From: an uncultured Microcoleaceae cyanobacterium
GTDB taxonomy: Bacteria; Cyanobacteriota; Cyanobacteriia; Cyanobacteriales; Microcoleaceae
DNA length: 24,276 nucleotides
Reading direction: 5' to 3'
NCBI GenBank assembly: GCA_938083405.1
Contig: CALKCV010000124.1
Span: forward strand, 1-24,276
In this document: one piece after another, positions 1 to 8,389 of the stretch
Layout: each line of letters opens with the position of its first letter
Numbering within the stretch: position 1 is the stretch's first letter
Notes under the pieces: generated by a model
The model's input: the letters and a program-made list of their open reading frames with translations, nothing else
The model's database searches: none
What the model was told of the DNA's origin: nothing
Made by a program: the position numbers and the translations under genes

Positions 1-42
1 TTAATTATTAATTGTTATAAAAAATTTGAGAGCATCAAGAAA

Positions 43-738
43 ATGAATCGACTTTTTCAACGGAAAAAAATCGTACTAGCCATATTATTAGTAGTGGCGA
101 TCGCTCTAGGATTAGCAGCCCCAGTAAAAGCTGCCAATCAACAAGATATAGAACGCCTTTTAACAGACAAATTGTGCGTTTCCTTTCTCTGGGATAGATG
201 CGATTTAAGAAAAGCCGATCTTCACGGTGCGAACCTCAAAGGAATTAACCTCTCGGGAGCAGATTTAAGAGGAGCAGATTTGGGGGATGCCGAATTAAAT
301 AATGCCGATCTTTCAGGAGCGGATTTAACGGGAGCGGATTTAACTAATGCTAGTTTATTTCAAGCAAATATCAATAAAGCAAACTTAACAGCCGCAGACT
401 TAAGCGGCGCTCGTTTGTGGGAAGCAGATCTTACTCTAGCAAATTTGAGTCGCGCCAATTTAAAAGATGCCAATTTCTTAGAAGCCAGACTATGGGGGGC
501 TAATCTGGTGGAAGCCAATTTAAGCGATGCCAGCTTTCACGGTGCGGATTTAGAATACGCCAACTTAGCCGATACTAATTTAACTGGGACTGATTTTCAC
601 GGCTTCTTTTTTAGAAGCTATAAAAAGATAACTAATATGAGAAAAACCAATCTCCAAGGAGCAAAAATTAACGATACTGACTTAAAAGGAGTGCTTTTGG
701 AAGGAGCAGTTATGCCGGATGGTTCGATTAAAGAATAG
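43..738 (+). CDS. Exported (periplasmic/lumenal) pentapeptide repeat protein
   Basis: Basic N-terminus, hydrophobic stretch and VKA-A signal-peptidase-like site; then about 30 tandem A(D/N)LxX pentapeptides (ADLHG ANLKG INLSG ADLRG...). Confidence 0.93.
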   Translation: MNRLFQRKKIVLAILLVVAIALGLAAPVKAANQQDIERLLTDKLCVSFLWDRCDLRKADLHGANLKGINLSGADLRGADLGDAELNNADLSGADLTGADLTNASLFQANINKANLTAADLSGARLWEADLTLANLSRANLKDANFLEARLWGANLVEANLSDASFHGADLEYANLADTNLTGTDFHGFFFRSYKKITNMRKTNLQGAKINDTDLKGVLLEGAVMPDGSIKE

Positions 739-868
739 TTAATTGTTGCTTGGTAATTGGGGGCTGGTCAACTAGAATATTTGTTAACTAGGGAGCCGAT
801 ATAGAAACAGGATTTATGGCTCCCGAAGAAGTTCGCAACGAGCAATTTCTCCTGAAACAGGAATAAAA

Positions 869-890
869 AAACAGAGCGATCGCTCTGTTT
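869..890 (-). terminator. Perfect 22-bp palindrome centred on HIP1; probable intrinsic terminator (U-tract on minus strand)
   Basis: AAACAGAGCGATCGCTCTGTTT, preceded by an A-run on the plus strand; lies between the convergent pentapeptide gene and mazF. Confidence 0.55.
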
Positions 891-1010
891 GCTCAAAAAT
901 AAAAAAGTCAAAAGTGCCGAACGAGGTAATTATAAATCAATTAATAATTCTAAGTCATTGTTTTAGAATTAGGAAGAAACTTTACCTTAAAAATTTAGAC
1001 TTTTGACCTT

Positions 1011-1115
1011 TAAGGGACTTCCAAAAATTAAAATCTCCAAAAATACAATAGTATTGTTGGGTTGCGTTTCACCGAGCCCAACCTACGGCTCCATTATTTA
1101 TTTGGGTACCCCTAA
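1011..1115. mobile_element. MITE/REPIN-like element (family C) with degenerate TAAGGGACTT-type ends enclosing a GTAG REP hairpin
   Basis: Left end TAAGGGACTTCCAAAAATTAAAAT; right end reads TTAGGGGTACCCAAATAAATAAT on the minus strand; internal 1056-1086 reads GTAG-GTTGGG...CCCAAC on the minus strand. A related copy is at 7610-7740. Confidence 0.55.
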
Positions 1116-1171
1116 GTCAAGAGGAATAATTCTGAATTTATAACTTTCAACTCAAGAAGCGATCGCCTCTA

Positions 1172-1528
1172 TTATTCAACTTCATTGGGAGTTAAAAGCA
1201 GCTTAACTCCCTCAACTATTTTCCGAACTTGCCCTGCTGAAAGGGTAGCGATTTTTTCCTCTAACTGATTTTTGGGTACTGTAAAAATCTGCGAAGTATT
1301 AACAACACTTTCCATCGCTAAATTAGATTCTCCCGTTCCTAAAAAAACATTCCCCGGGACTGCAGCGAGTTTGGTGTTATAACTCAAAGCACAAACCACA
1401 ACAGAGTTAATTTTGCTTGAATTAAAAACATTGTTTTGGACGACAACATGGGGATGTCGATTAACTGGTTCGGAACCTAATGGTTCTTTGAATTTAATCC
1501 AGAAAATATCGCCTTGATTAATTACCAT
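1172..1528 (-). CDS. mazF: PemK/MazF family endoribonuclease toxin
   Basis: QGDIFW...GSEP..RHP.VVVQNNVFN...VVVCAL...PGNVFL motif set; 118 aa; start overlaps the antitoxin stop by 7 nt. Confidence 0.92.
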   Translation of the reverse strand: MVINQGDIFWIKFKEPLGSEPVNRHPHVVVQNNVFNSSKINSVVVCALSYNTKLAAVPGNVFLGTGESNLAMESVVNTSQIFTVPKNQLEEKIATLSAGQVRKIVEGVKLLLTPNEVE

Positions 1529-1779
1529 TCTCCTTCTACAATACTTTTATGATTTTGAGTCATACCATCCAGAGGATTTGGTTCTTCTGTTGCTGCCGGG
1601 ATTTCTCCATAAGCAGCGTTGATTTTTTCTAGTAATTGCCGATTATGATGGCGACGGATAAATTCCTCAAGAGCGATCGCTATTAAGCGACTTCGCGATA
1701 CTTTCATTTCGGCCGCGAGAACCTCCGCTTGTTCAAAGAGGGACTCTTGCAATGAAATAGCAGTTTTGACAGTGGCCAT
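1522..1779 (-). CDS. Ribbon-helix-helix antitoxin (cognate of the MazF-like toxin)
   Basis: KTAISL..SLFEQAE.LA.EM..SRS.LI..AL RHH signature; acidic C-terminus; 85 aa; directly upstream of and coupled to the toxin. Confidence 0.88.
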   Translation of the reverse strand: MATVKTAISLQESLFEQAEVLAAEMKVSRSRLIAIALEEFIRRHHNRQLLEKINAAYGEIPAATEEPNPLDGMTQNHKSIVEGEW

Positions 1780-1806
1780 CTTCTTATACTTTCACGTCAG
1801 AATTTC

Positions 1807-1835
1807 AGTATAACCGTTTCTCATATCAATGTCAA
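1807..1835 (-). promoter_or_regulatory. Sigma70-type promoter of the TA operon
   Basis: Minus strand TTGACA (1835-1830), 17-nt spacer, TATACT (1812-1807), about 27 nt before the antitoxin ATG. Confidence 0.8.
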
Positions 1836-2007
1836 ACTGGAAAAAAATTTCCAAAAATACGATTTTTGGCCATAAAATCTCCCTTTTTCTCTATTTTTTA
1901 GGCCTTTTCCAGACTAAATCCGAATAACATCTATAATCTAAAAACTAAAGGCCAGTGAATCCGATAAAATACTTCTTTAGCCACAAAAAACGTACCCAGT
2001 CGAACAG

Positions 2008-2742
2008 ATGGAAACTATCCAAACTTTTCTCTACGAAATAGCACAATTTGCCAACAACCTCGTGGCCAGCCAACTCACCCACCTAAGCTGGCTAAGTATT
2101 GGCGTTATCTTTGCCGCAGGCTTGCTAACAAGCCTTACCCCCTGTATGCTGTCCATGCTTCCTATTACCATCGGCTACATTGGCGGCTACGAGGCCCAAA
2201 CTCGCCTCCAGGCTGCGGCCCAGTCTGCCTGGTTTTCTCTGGGATTAGCTACAACCCTAGCTGGATTAGGCATTCTAGCATCATACATTGGAAGAGTTTA
2301 CGGTCAAATAGGGATAGGTTTGCCCATAGTTGTCAGTATCATTGCCATCCTCATGGGCCTTAACCTCCTAGAAGCTCTCCCGCTTACCATGCCATCCTTT
2401 GACAGCATGGGTTGGATATCTGGGGACTTACCAAAAGGAGTCCGATCCTATTTATTAGGCTTGACATTCGGTTTGGTGGCATCTCCCTGCAGCACTCCGG
2501 TATTAGCAACTTTATTAGCTTGGGTTTCTACCACTGGCGATACAATTTTGGGCGGTGTTTTACTCTTAGCTTATGCTAGTGGTTATGTGGCTCCTTTAAT
2601 CCTAGCTGGCACTTTTACTGCTAGTATTAAAAAGTTATTGGAAATGCGACAGTGGTCTGCTTGGATTACACCGACTAGCGGCGCTTTATTAGTGGGATTT
2701 GGTGTGTTTTCTCTGCTGTTTAGATTGATTCCAGTAGGTTGA
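2008..2742 (+). CDS. ccdA: Cytochrome c biogenesis thiol-disulfide membrane protein CcdA
   Basis: Multi-TM protein with the two conserved Cys motifs LTPCMLSMLP and ASPCSTPVL; upstream of ccs1. Confidence 0.93.
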   Translation: METIQTFLYEIAQFANNLVASQLTHLSWLSIGVIFAAGLLTSLTPCMLSMLPITIGYIGGYEAQTRLQAAAQSAWFSLGLATTLAGLGILASYIGRVYGQIGIGLPIVVSIIAILMGLNLLEALPLTMPSFDSMGWISGDLPKGVRSYLLGLTFGLVASPCSTPVLATLLAWVSTTGDTILGGVLLLAYASGYVAPLILAGTFTASIKKLLEMRQWSAWITPTSGALLVGFGVFSLLFRLIPVG

Positions 2743-2880
2743 TGGCGATGAGTAGTTATCAATTTTGAGGAAGATTAATAACTGCTTTTTGTTGATGGTT
2801 AGTTGGGAGAAAAAGTCTGTTGAGACTAATTGATGGGAACCCGATACCAATAGACAAGAGATAGGAGAGGGAAAAACAAG

Positions 2881-2936
2881 CAACTAACAACTAACAATTA
2901 ACAAGCAACAACTAACAACTAACAACTAACAATTAA
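2881..2936 (+). repeat. Heptamer tandem array (CAACTAA-type STRR), 8 units
   Basis: caactaa caactaa caattaa caagcaa caactaa caactaa caactaa caattaa; ends 4 nt before the ccs1 ATG. Confidence 0.95.
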
Positions 2937-2940
2937 TTAG

Positions 2941-4362
2941 ATGGTTTATCGAATTTTATTTTTATCGAAAATATCTGGGGCTTGGGATGGTATCCAGAAA
3001 ACATTCCGACGGGAAATCCTGCCTATTTTAGCGGATTTACGTTTGGCGATCGCCCTGTTATTAATAATAGCGGGATTCAGCATCTCCGGTACGGTGATAG
3101 AACAGGGTCAATCCATAGCATTCTATCAAGAAAACTATCCAGAAAGTCCAGCATTATTTGGTTTTTTAACCTGGAAATTTATCGTTCTTTTAGGATTAGA
3201 TCGCGTCTATGGTACTTGGTGGTTCTTATCAATCCTAATTTTATTTGGCTCTAGCTTAACTGCCTGTACTTTTACCAGACAACTGCCAGCATTAAAAGCT
3301 GCTCGCCGCTGGAAATTTTACGACAAACCCAAGCAGTTTGAAAAATTAGCTTTAAGTGCCGAAATAGAAACTGGTTCGTTAAATTATTCAGAAAAATTAG
3401 AACAAATATTGCAGCAACGCCGCTATAAAATATTTAAAGAAGGAGACAAACTTTATGCTCGTAAAGGCATAATAGGCAAAATAGGTCCGATTATAGTTCA
3501 TGCCAGTATGTTAATTATTTTGGCTGGCTCTATAGTAGGGACTTTGACAGGATTTATGGCTCAGGAAATAGTGCCAAGCGGTAACACTTTTGAAATAACC
3601 AATCTGGTTACTGCCGGACCTTTTGCTAAGTGGCAATTTCCGAAAGATTTTTCAGTAAAAGTTAATCGTTTCTGGATAGATTATTTGCCAGATGGAAATA
3701 TAGACCAATTTTATTCCGATTTGTCGGTATTGGATAAGACGGGAGAAGAAGTCGATCGCCAAACTATTTATGTGAATAAACCGTTAAAATATGGCGGTGT
3801 CACCATGTATCAGGCAGATTGGGCGATCGCTGGCGTGCGAGTGCGCATCAATAAAAGCCCGGTGTTGCAATTACCAATGGCTCAATTAGATACTGGCGGT
3901 AGAGGTAGAATTTGGGGAACTTGGATTCCGACTAAACCAGATTTTAGCGAGGGAGTTTCTTTATTAGCTACAGATTTACAAGGAACTCTATTAGTTTACG
4001 ATCCTAAAGGTCAACTAACCTCCACTGTAAGAGCGGGAATGTCAACAGAAGTTAATGGCGTGACTTTATTTGTGGATGAATTAATCGGCAAGACGGGTTT
4101 ACAAATTAAGTCCGATCCTGGCATCCCTCTTGTTTATTTAGGATTTGGTTTGTTGATGGTTAGCGTCTTGATGAGTTATGCTTCCCACTCGCAAATATGG
4201 GGGTTGAAAAATGGAGATAAGATTTATCTCGGTGGTAAAACTAATCGCGCTAAAGTAACTTTTGAACGCGAAGTTTTAGAGATATTAGATAGTTTGAGCG
4301 ACTCTCCAGATACTAAAGATTTAGCCGCCACGGGTTCCGGTTCTTTGGCCAGTCAAAATTGA
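2941..4362 (+). CDS. ccs1: Cytochrome c biogenesis protein Ccs1/CcsB (System II)
   Basis: [36 protein letters not shown] (conserved His), [10 protein letters not shown] motifs; adjacent to ccdA. Confidence 0.94.
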   Translation: MVYRILFLSKISGAWDGIQKTFRREILPILADLRLAIALLLIIAGFSISGTVIEQGQSIAFYQENYPESPALFGFLTWKFIVLLGLDRVYGTWWFLSILILFGSSLTACTFTRQLPALKAARRWKFYDKPKQFEKLALSAEIETGSLNYSEKLEQILQQRRYKIFKEGDKLYARKGIIGKIGPIIVHASMLIILAGSIVGTLTGFMAQEIVPSGNTFEITNLVTAGPFAKWQFPKDFSVKVNRFWIDYLPDGNIDQFYSDLSVLDKTGEEVDRQTIYVNKPLKYGGVTMYQADWAIAGVRVRINKSPVLQLPMAQLDTGGRGRIWGTWIPTKPDFSEGVSLLATDLQGTLLVYDPKGQLTSTVRAGMSTEVNGVTLFVDELIGKTGLQIKSDPGIPLVYLGFGLLMVSVLMSYASHSQIWGLKNGDKIYLGGKTNRAKVTFEREVLEILDSLSDSPDTKDLAATGSGSLASQN

Positions 4363-4436
4363 GCGGGACAAAAGAGAAAAATAAAATGGCCGAGAAAAAA
4401 GTTTGCCATACTACTAGCCAAATTCCTTTATGAATG

Positions 4437-4445
4437 TGATAGGAT
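4437..4445 (+). promoter_or_regulatory. Extended -10 promoter for tRNA-Pro
   Basis: TG-A-TAGGAT about 20 nt upstream of the mature tRNA; no clear -35. Confidence 0.45.
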
Positions 4446-4465
4446 GGTAGGAGTATTGTTTAAAC

Positions 4466-4539
4466 CGGGATGTAGCGCAGCTTGGTAGCGCACCTCGTTC
4501 GGGACGAGGGGGTCGCAGGTTCAAATCCTGTCATCCCGA
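4466..4539 (+). tRNA. trnP: tRNA-Pro(CGG)
   Basis: Full cloverleaf: acceptor CGGGATG/CATCCCG, D stem GCGC/GCGC, anticodon stem CCTCG/CGAGG with TT-CGG-GA loop, T loop TTCAAAT; CCA not encoded. Confidence 0.97.
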
Positions 4540-4649
4540 TCGCCGCTCCTTTCCCCCAAAAAATTTCACTATTGGTGAAACGAGATCGAGTCTGGGGGAA
4601 GCGATCGGCAGACTTTGGCAAAATTAAAAAAATTTGAGTCTAGGTAACA

Positions 4650-5528
4650 GTGGTAGTAAAACCAGACTGGTTGCGAGTAAAGGCACCTCAGTGGGAGCGC
4701 GTTGGTAACATCAAGGGCATCCTCCGTGACTTGGCCCTTAATACTGTCTGCGAGGAGGCATCCTGTCCTAATATCGGCGAGTGCTTCAACGCGGGCACTG
4801 CTACATTCTTAATTATGGGACCGGCCTGCACTCGTGCTTGTCCCTATTGCGATATAGATTTTGAGAAAAAGCCTCAAGCGCTAGATCCCACCGAACCGCA
4901 AAGACTGGCAGAGGCAGTGCGCCGAATGAAATTGAATCATGTGGTAATTACTTCTGTTAATCGGGACGATTTGCCCGATGGGGGCGCGTCTGTGTTTGTC
5001 CTTTGTCTCAGGGCAGTGCGCGAGGTTTCGCCAGAGACAACAATAGAGGTTTTGATACCAGATATGTGTGGCAATTGGCAAGCTTTAGAAACAATTCTTA
5101 ATGCCAAGCCAGAGGTACTAAATCACAATACGGAAACTATTAGGCGATTGTATCCGCGGACGAGGCCCCAGGGAGATTACGATCGCACTTTGGAATTATT
5201 AAAAAAGGCCCGCAAGTTAGCCCCGGGAGTTTACACCAAATCGGGAATTATGGTGGGACTGGGGGAAACCGATGAGGAAGTGCGAGAGGTAATGAGGGAC
5301 TTGCGAGAGGTAGATTGCGATATTTTGACTGTAGGACAATACCTGCAACCTAGTCCCAAGCATTTGCCCTTGGTGGATTTTGTCAGGCCCGAACAGTTTG
5401 AGGCCTGGAAAGAGTTTGGGGAATCTTTGGGATTTTTGCAAGTGGTGGCTTCTCCCTTGACTCGCAGTTCTTATCATGCGGAACAGGTTAGGGGTTTGAT
5501 GGAACGCTATCCAAGGCAGGAAGGATAA
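4650..5528 (+). CDS. lipA: Lipoyl synthase (radical SAM)
   Basis: [12 protein letters not shown] (CX4CX5C), CTRACPYC (CX3CX2C) and C-terminal RSSY; GTG start. Confidence 0.97.
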   Translation: MVVKPDWLRVKAPQWERVGNIKGILRDLALNTVCEEASCPNIGECFNAGTATFLIMGPACTRACPYCDIDFEKKPQALDPTEPQRLAEAVRRMKLNHVVITSVNRDDLPDGGASVFVLCLRAVREVSPETTIEVLIPDMCGNWQALETILNAKPEVLNHNTETIRRLYPRTRPQGDYDRTLELLKKARKLAPGVYTKSGIMVGLGETDEEVREVMRDLREVDCDILTVGQYLQPSPKHLPLVDFVRPEQFEAWKEFGESLGFLQVVASPLTRSSYHAEQVRGLMERYPRQEG

Positions 5529-6182
5529 GGAAAAGGGGACTGCTGGTTGGGACTAGCAGTGGGCGATAGCCCTCATAGTATCTAAGATATGTAGGATCGA
5601 TAGCCTAGTCGCTCGGTAATGGGCCGCGATCGCCAGAAGGATGCGATCGCGATCGCACTTAGAGGGTGAGTTAATTACTGGATAATCCGATGGCAGGAAA
5701 ACAAATTTTTTTCAAAGAACGGATAAAGAGCTACACTATCTCGTTCTAAAAAGCTTATTTTTCAAGGTTTTTGTCTCAATCTAATTGTAGCAAGTAAAAA
5801 AAGAAGTGAAGTGAAAATCTCCATCTATAGCAGCATGAAATAACGATATTTCAATGCGATCGGGAACACTCGTGGAGGGTGATGAAGATTAATAGACATT
5901 CTGATAAACGTCACTTTTTTGGGTAATAGATCTCCATATACTAGACACTAAGCCCAGAAAAAATGTCCTTATGACCCTTCCGGGGACCATTAGATGCGAA
6001 GCAAGCTAACGAACGCTAGTTTAGGCCTACATTCAAAACGGGGCAATCTGCCAAAAGCATCAAGGTCAACTGAAGGCAATAAGGAAAAGAACTAGGATTT
6101 TGATGCCTAGTCTCAGAAAAAATGGGCCTATTACGCACGGTTTGTCAAACAGTGCAACCTTTTGTTACCCGGAGCTACTGAG

Positions 6183-7439
6183 ATGAGCGTTATACCTGCA
6201 ATTTCTTACGATTCTGAAGTTTCTTCCGAAGAAGAACAGCAAGCAGCCAACTTGCAAACAGAAATCATAGACGAGGTTCTCGAACCAGCCGTCGCCGAAC
6301 TGATGGACTTGGAAGAAGAGACAGAAAAAGCCAAAAAACAGAAAAACGTCAATCGTAACACAACGGATTTAGTACGTTTGTACCTTCAGGAAATCGGCCG
6401 CGTCGATTTGTTGGGACGAGATCGGGAAATCGGCGAAGCCCAGAAAGTCCAACGCTACATAGAATTACTAGAATTGCGGAGTCAAGCTGCCGAACGGGAT
6501 GAAGGGCCTCTGAAAGGTTATGTCCATTTAGTAGAAGTTCGGGACCAGATGGCAGCCAAATTGGGACACCGCCCTTCCCTGGAAAAGTGGGCGGAGACAG
6601 CAGGTGTAACCTTGTCGGAGTTAAAGCCGACGATGGCAGCAGGAAAAAGGCATTGGGCCCAGTTGGCGGGTTTGTCAATTGAGGAGTTAGAAAAGATTCA
6701 AGCTGAGGGAATAGATGCTAAGAATCTGATGATCAATGCCAACCTGCGCTTGGTGGTGTCGGTGGCGAAAAAATATCAAAATCGCGGTTTGGAGTTGTTG
6801 GATCTAATCCAAGAAGGAACTCTCGGACTCGAAAGGGCAGTTGAGAAATTTGACCCCACTCGCGGATATCGCTTCAGCACTTATGCTTACTGGTGGATCC
6901 GTCAGGGCATTACCCGAGCGATCGCTACCCAAAGTCGCACTATTCGCCTCCCAGTCCACATCACCGAAAAACTCAACAAAATCAAAAAAGCCCAACGTAA
7001 AATCTCTCAAGAAAAAGGCCGAACAGCAACTCTTGACGACATCGCCGCCGAGTTAGAAATGACTAACGAACAAGTGCGGGAGGTTTTGTTAAAGGTGCCT
7101 CGGTCTATTTCTTTGGAAACCAAGGTGGGTACCGACAAAGATACAGAGTTGGGCGATTTACTCGAAACTGAAGAAGATTCCCCCGAACAACTGTTGATGC
7201 GAGAGTCCTTAATCAAGGCATTGCAGGGAATTTTAGCCGATTTGAGCGGTCGGGAGAGGGCAGTGATTTCTATGCGATATGGTTTAATGGATGGCCATGC
7301 TTACTCTTTGTCAGAAATCGGTAAAGCCCTGAAGTTGTCGCGAGAACGAGTTCGTCAAATCGAAGCGAAAGGTCTTCAAAAGTTGCGCCAACCCAAGCGC
7401 CGCAATCAGGTGCGCGATTATTTGGAGTCTATGACCTAG
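6183..7439 (+). CDS. sigC: Group 2 RNA polymerase sigma factor SigC (ATG 6183 preferred over TTG 6162)
   Basis: TTDLVRLYLQEIGRV, ANLRLVVSVAKKYQNRG, DLIQEGTLGLERAVEKFDP, STYAYWWIRQ, RERVRQIE; long 1.2-2.1 insertion; GGAG upstream of 6183; sigC-furA synteny known from Anabaena. Confidence 0.88.
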   Translation: MSVIPAISYDSEVSSEEEQQAANLQTEIIDEVLEPAVAELMDLEEETEKAKKQKNVNRNTTDLVRLYLQEIGRVDLLGRDREIGEAQKVQRYIELLELRSQAAERDEGPLKGYVHLVEVRDQMAAKLGHRPSLEKWAETAGVTLSELKPTMAAGKRHWAQLAGLSIEELEKIQAEGIDAKNLMINANLRLVVSVAKKYQNRGLELLDLIQEGTLGLERAVEKFDPTRGYRFSTYAYWWIRQGITRAIATQSRTIRLPVHITEKLNKIKKAQRKISQEKGRTATLDDIAAELEMTNEQVREVLLKVPRSISLETKVGTDKDTELGDLLETEEDSPEQLLMRESLIKALQGILADLSGRERAVISMRYGLMDGHAYSLSEIGKALKLSRERVRQIEAKGLQKLRQPKRRNQVRDYLESMT

Positions 7440-7609
7440 AAGCGCAATCATAAGCTATTGCACATTTAATTTGCATTCGTTAGGAATGACTCTCCATTGA
7501 GGAGCGATCGACCTTTAACTTATTTCGGACAAATTAAATGTATAGCAGCTTACCGTTGAGGAGTTTGTTTTTCTTATTCTGCTTAGGGACTTGGTATTTA
7601 ATAAGGTAC

Positions 7610-7740
7610 TAAGGGAGTTGCAATTTAATAAAATACCGACTGTTGGGTTCGGTTCGCTCCAGCCGACCTACGAGACTGATACTCAATTGGGAAAATATTA
7701 ATTGTTATTACTGGTATTTTATTTCTCCACGAGTCCCTTA
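7610..7740. mobile_element. MITE/REPIN-like element (family C) with 28-bp imperfect TIRs
   Basis: Left TAAGGGAGTTGCAATTTAATAAAATACC versus right (minus strand) TAAGGGACTCGTGGAGAAATAAAATACC; internal degenerate GTAG-GTCGG...CCCAAC at 7642-7671 on the minus strand. Confidence 0.6.
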
Positions 7741-7743
7741 TAG

Positions 7744-7762
7744 CAATTTATTCTCAATTAGC
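7744..7762. promoter_or_regulatory. Possible Fur box (autoregulation)
   Basis: AT-rich AATTTATTCTCAATTA resembles cyanobacterial FurA boxes and lies just upstream of the fur -35; similarity judged by eye. Confidence 0.35.
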
Positions 7763-7769
7763 TATTTAG

Positions 7770-7799
7770 TTGACAATGCCCTAGGGAATTGTGTATCAT
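7770..7799 (+). promoter_or_regulatory. Sigma70-type promoter of fur
   Basis: TTGACA (7770-7775), 18-nt spacer, TATCAT (7794-7799), about 32 nt before the GTG start. Confidence 0.65.
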
Positions 7800-7831
7800 T
7801 GTCAATAAGTGTAGATATTTGAAAAAAAACC

Positions 7832-8389
7832 GTGGCTCTTTACACACCGACTGCATTCAAAGCAGAGCTAAACGAGAAAGGCTGGCGAATGACTCCCCAA
7901 CGGGAAACAATTCTACACGTCTTTCAGAATCTTCCCGACGGCAACCATCTCAGCGCAGAAGACCTCTTTAAAGTCCTAGAAAATCGAGGAGAAAATATCA
8001 GTCTCTCCACAATTTACCGAACTTTAAAGCTAATGGCAAGGATGGGAATTCTCAGAGAATTAGAACTAGCAGAAGGACATAAACATTACGAACTAAATCA
8101 GCCATATCCCCATCACCACCATCATCTAGTTTGCGTTCAGTGCAATAAAACCATCGAATTTAAAAACGATTCAATTTTAAAAATAGGTCTCAAACAGGCA
8201 GAAAAATCGGCATTGCACCTCCTAGATTGCCAATTAACGATTCATAGTATTTGTCACGAAGCTTTACGGATGGGCTGGCCATCGCTAGTTTCTAGCAATT
8301 GGTCTTGTCCCAGAGCGATCGCCAGCGAGTCCCAACCGTCGGAAAGCACTGCTCCTCTCAAGGAGGAGGATAGTCAGGAAAGCAATTAA
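7832..8389 (+). CDS. fur: Ferric uptake regulator, FurA-type
   Basis: KAELNEKGWRMTPQRE, HLSAED, SLSTIYRTL, GHKHYELNQPYPHHHHHLVCVQC, C-terminal ALRMGWPS tail typical of cyanobacterial FurA; GTG start. Confidence 0.95.
   Translation: MALYTPTAFKAELNEKGWRMTPQRETILHVFQNLPDGNHLSAEDLFKVLENRGENISLSTIYRTLKLMARMGILRELELAEGHKHYELNQPYPHHHHHLVCVQCNKTIEFKNDSILKIGLKQAEKSALHLLDCQLTIHSICHEALRMGWPSLVSSNWSCPRAIASESQPSESTAPLKEEDSQESN

Noticed and set aside
791-824. GGGAGCC-N20-GGCTCCC hairpin as a fourth REP family
   Set aside because: Single copy in the window and a CTAG rather than GTAG foot; cannot be distinguished from an ordinary 3' stem-loop.
5539-5575. Hairpins after lipA as an intrinsic terminator
   Set aside because: The stems are real (ACTGCTGG/CTAGCAGT; GGGC/GCCC) but there is no U-tract on the plus strand, so function is unsupported.
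5690-5749. 19-aa ORF MAGKQIFFKERIKSYTISF upstream of sigC
   Set aside because: No convincing SD, no coupling to a neighbour, and a length expected by chance.
5530-6182. NtcA box upstream of sigC
   Set aside because: Each GTA I checked lacked TAC at the N8 spacing.
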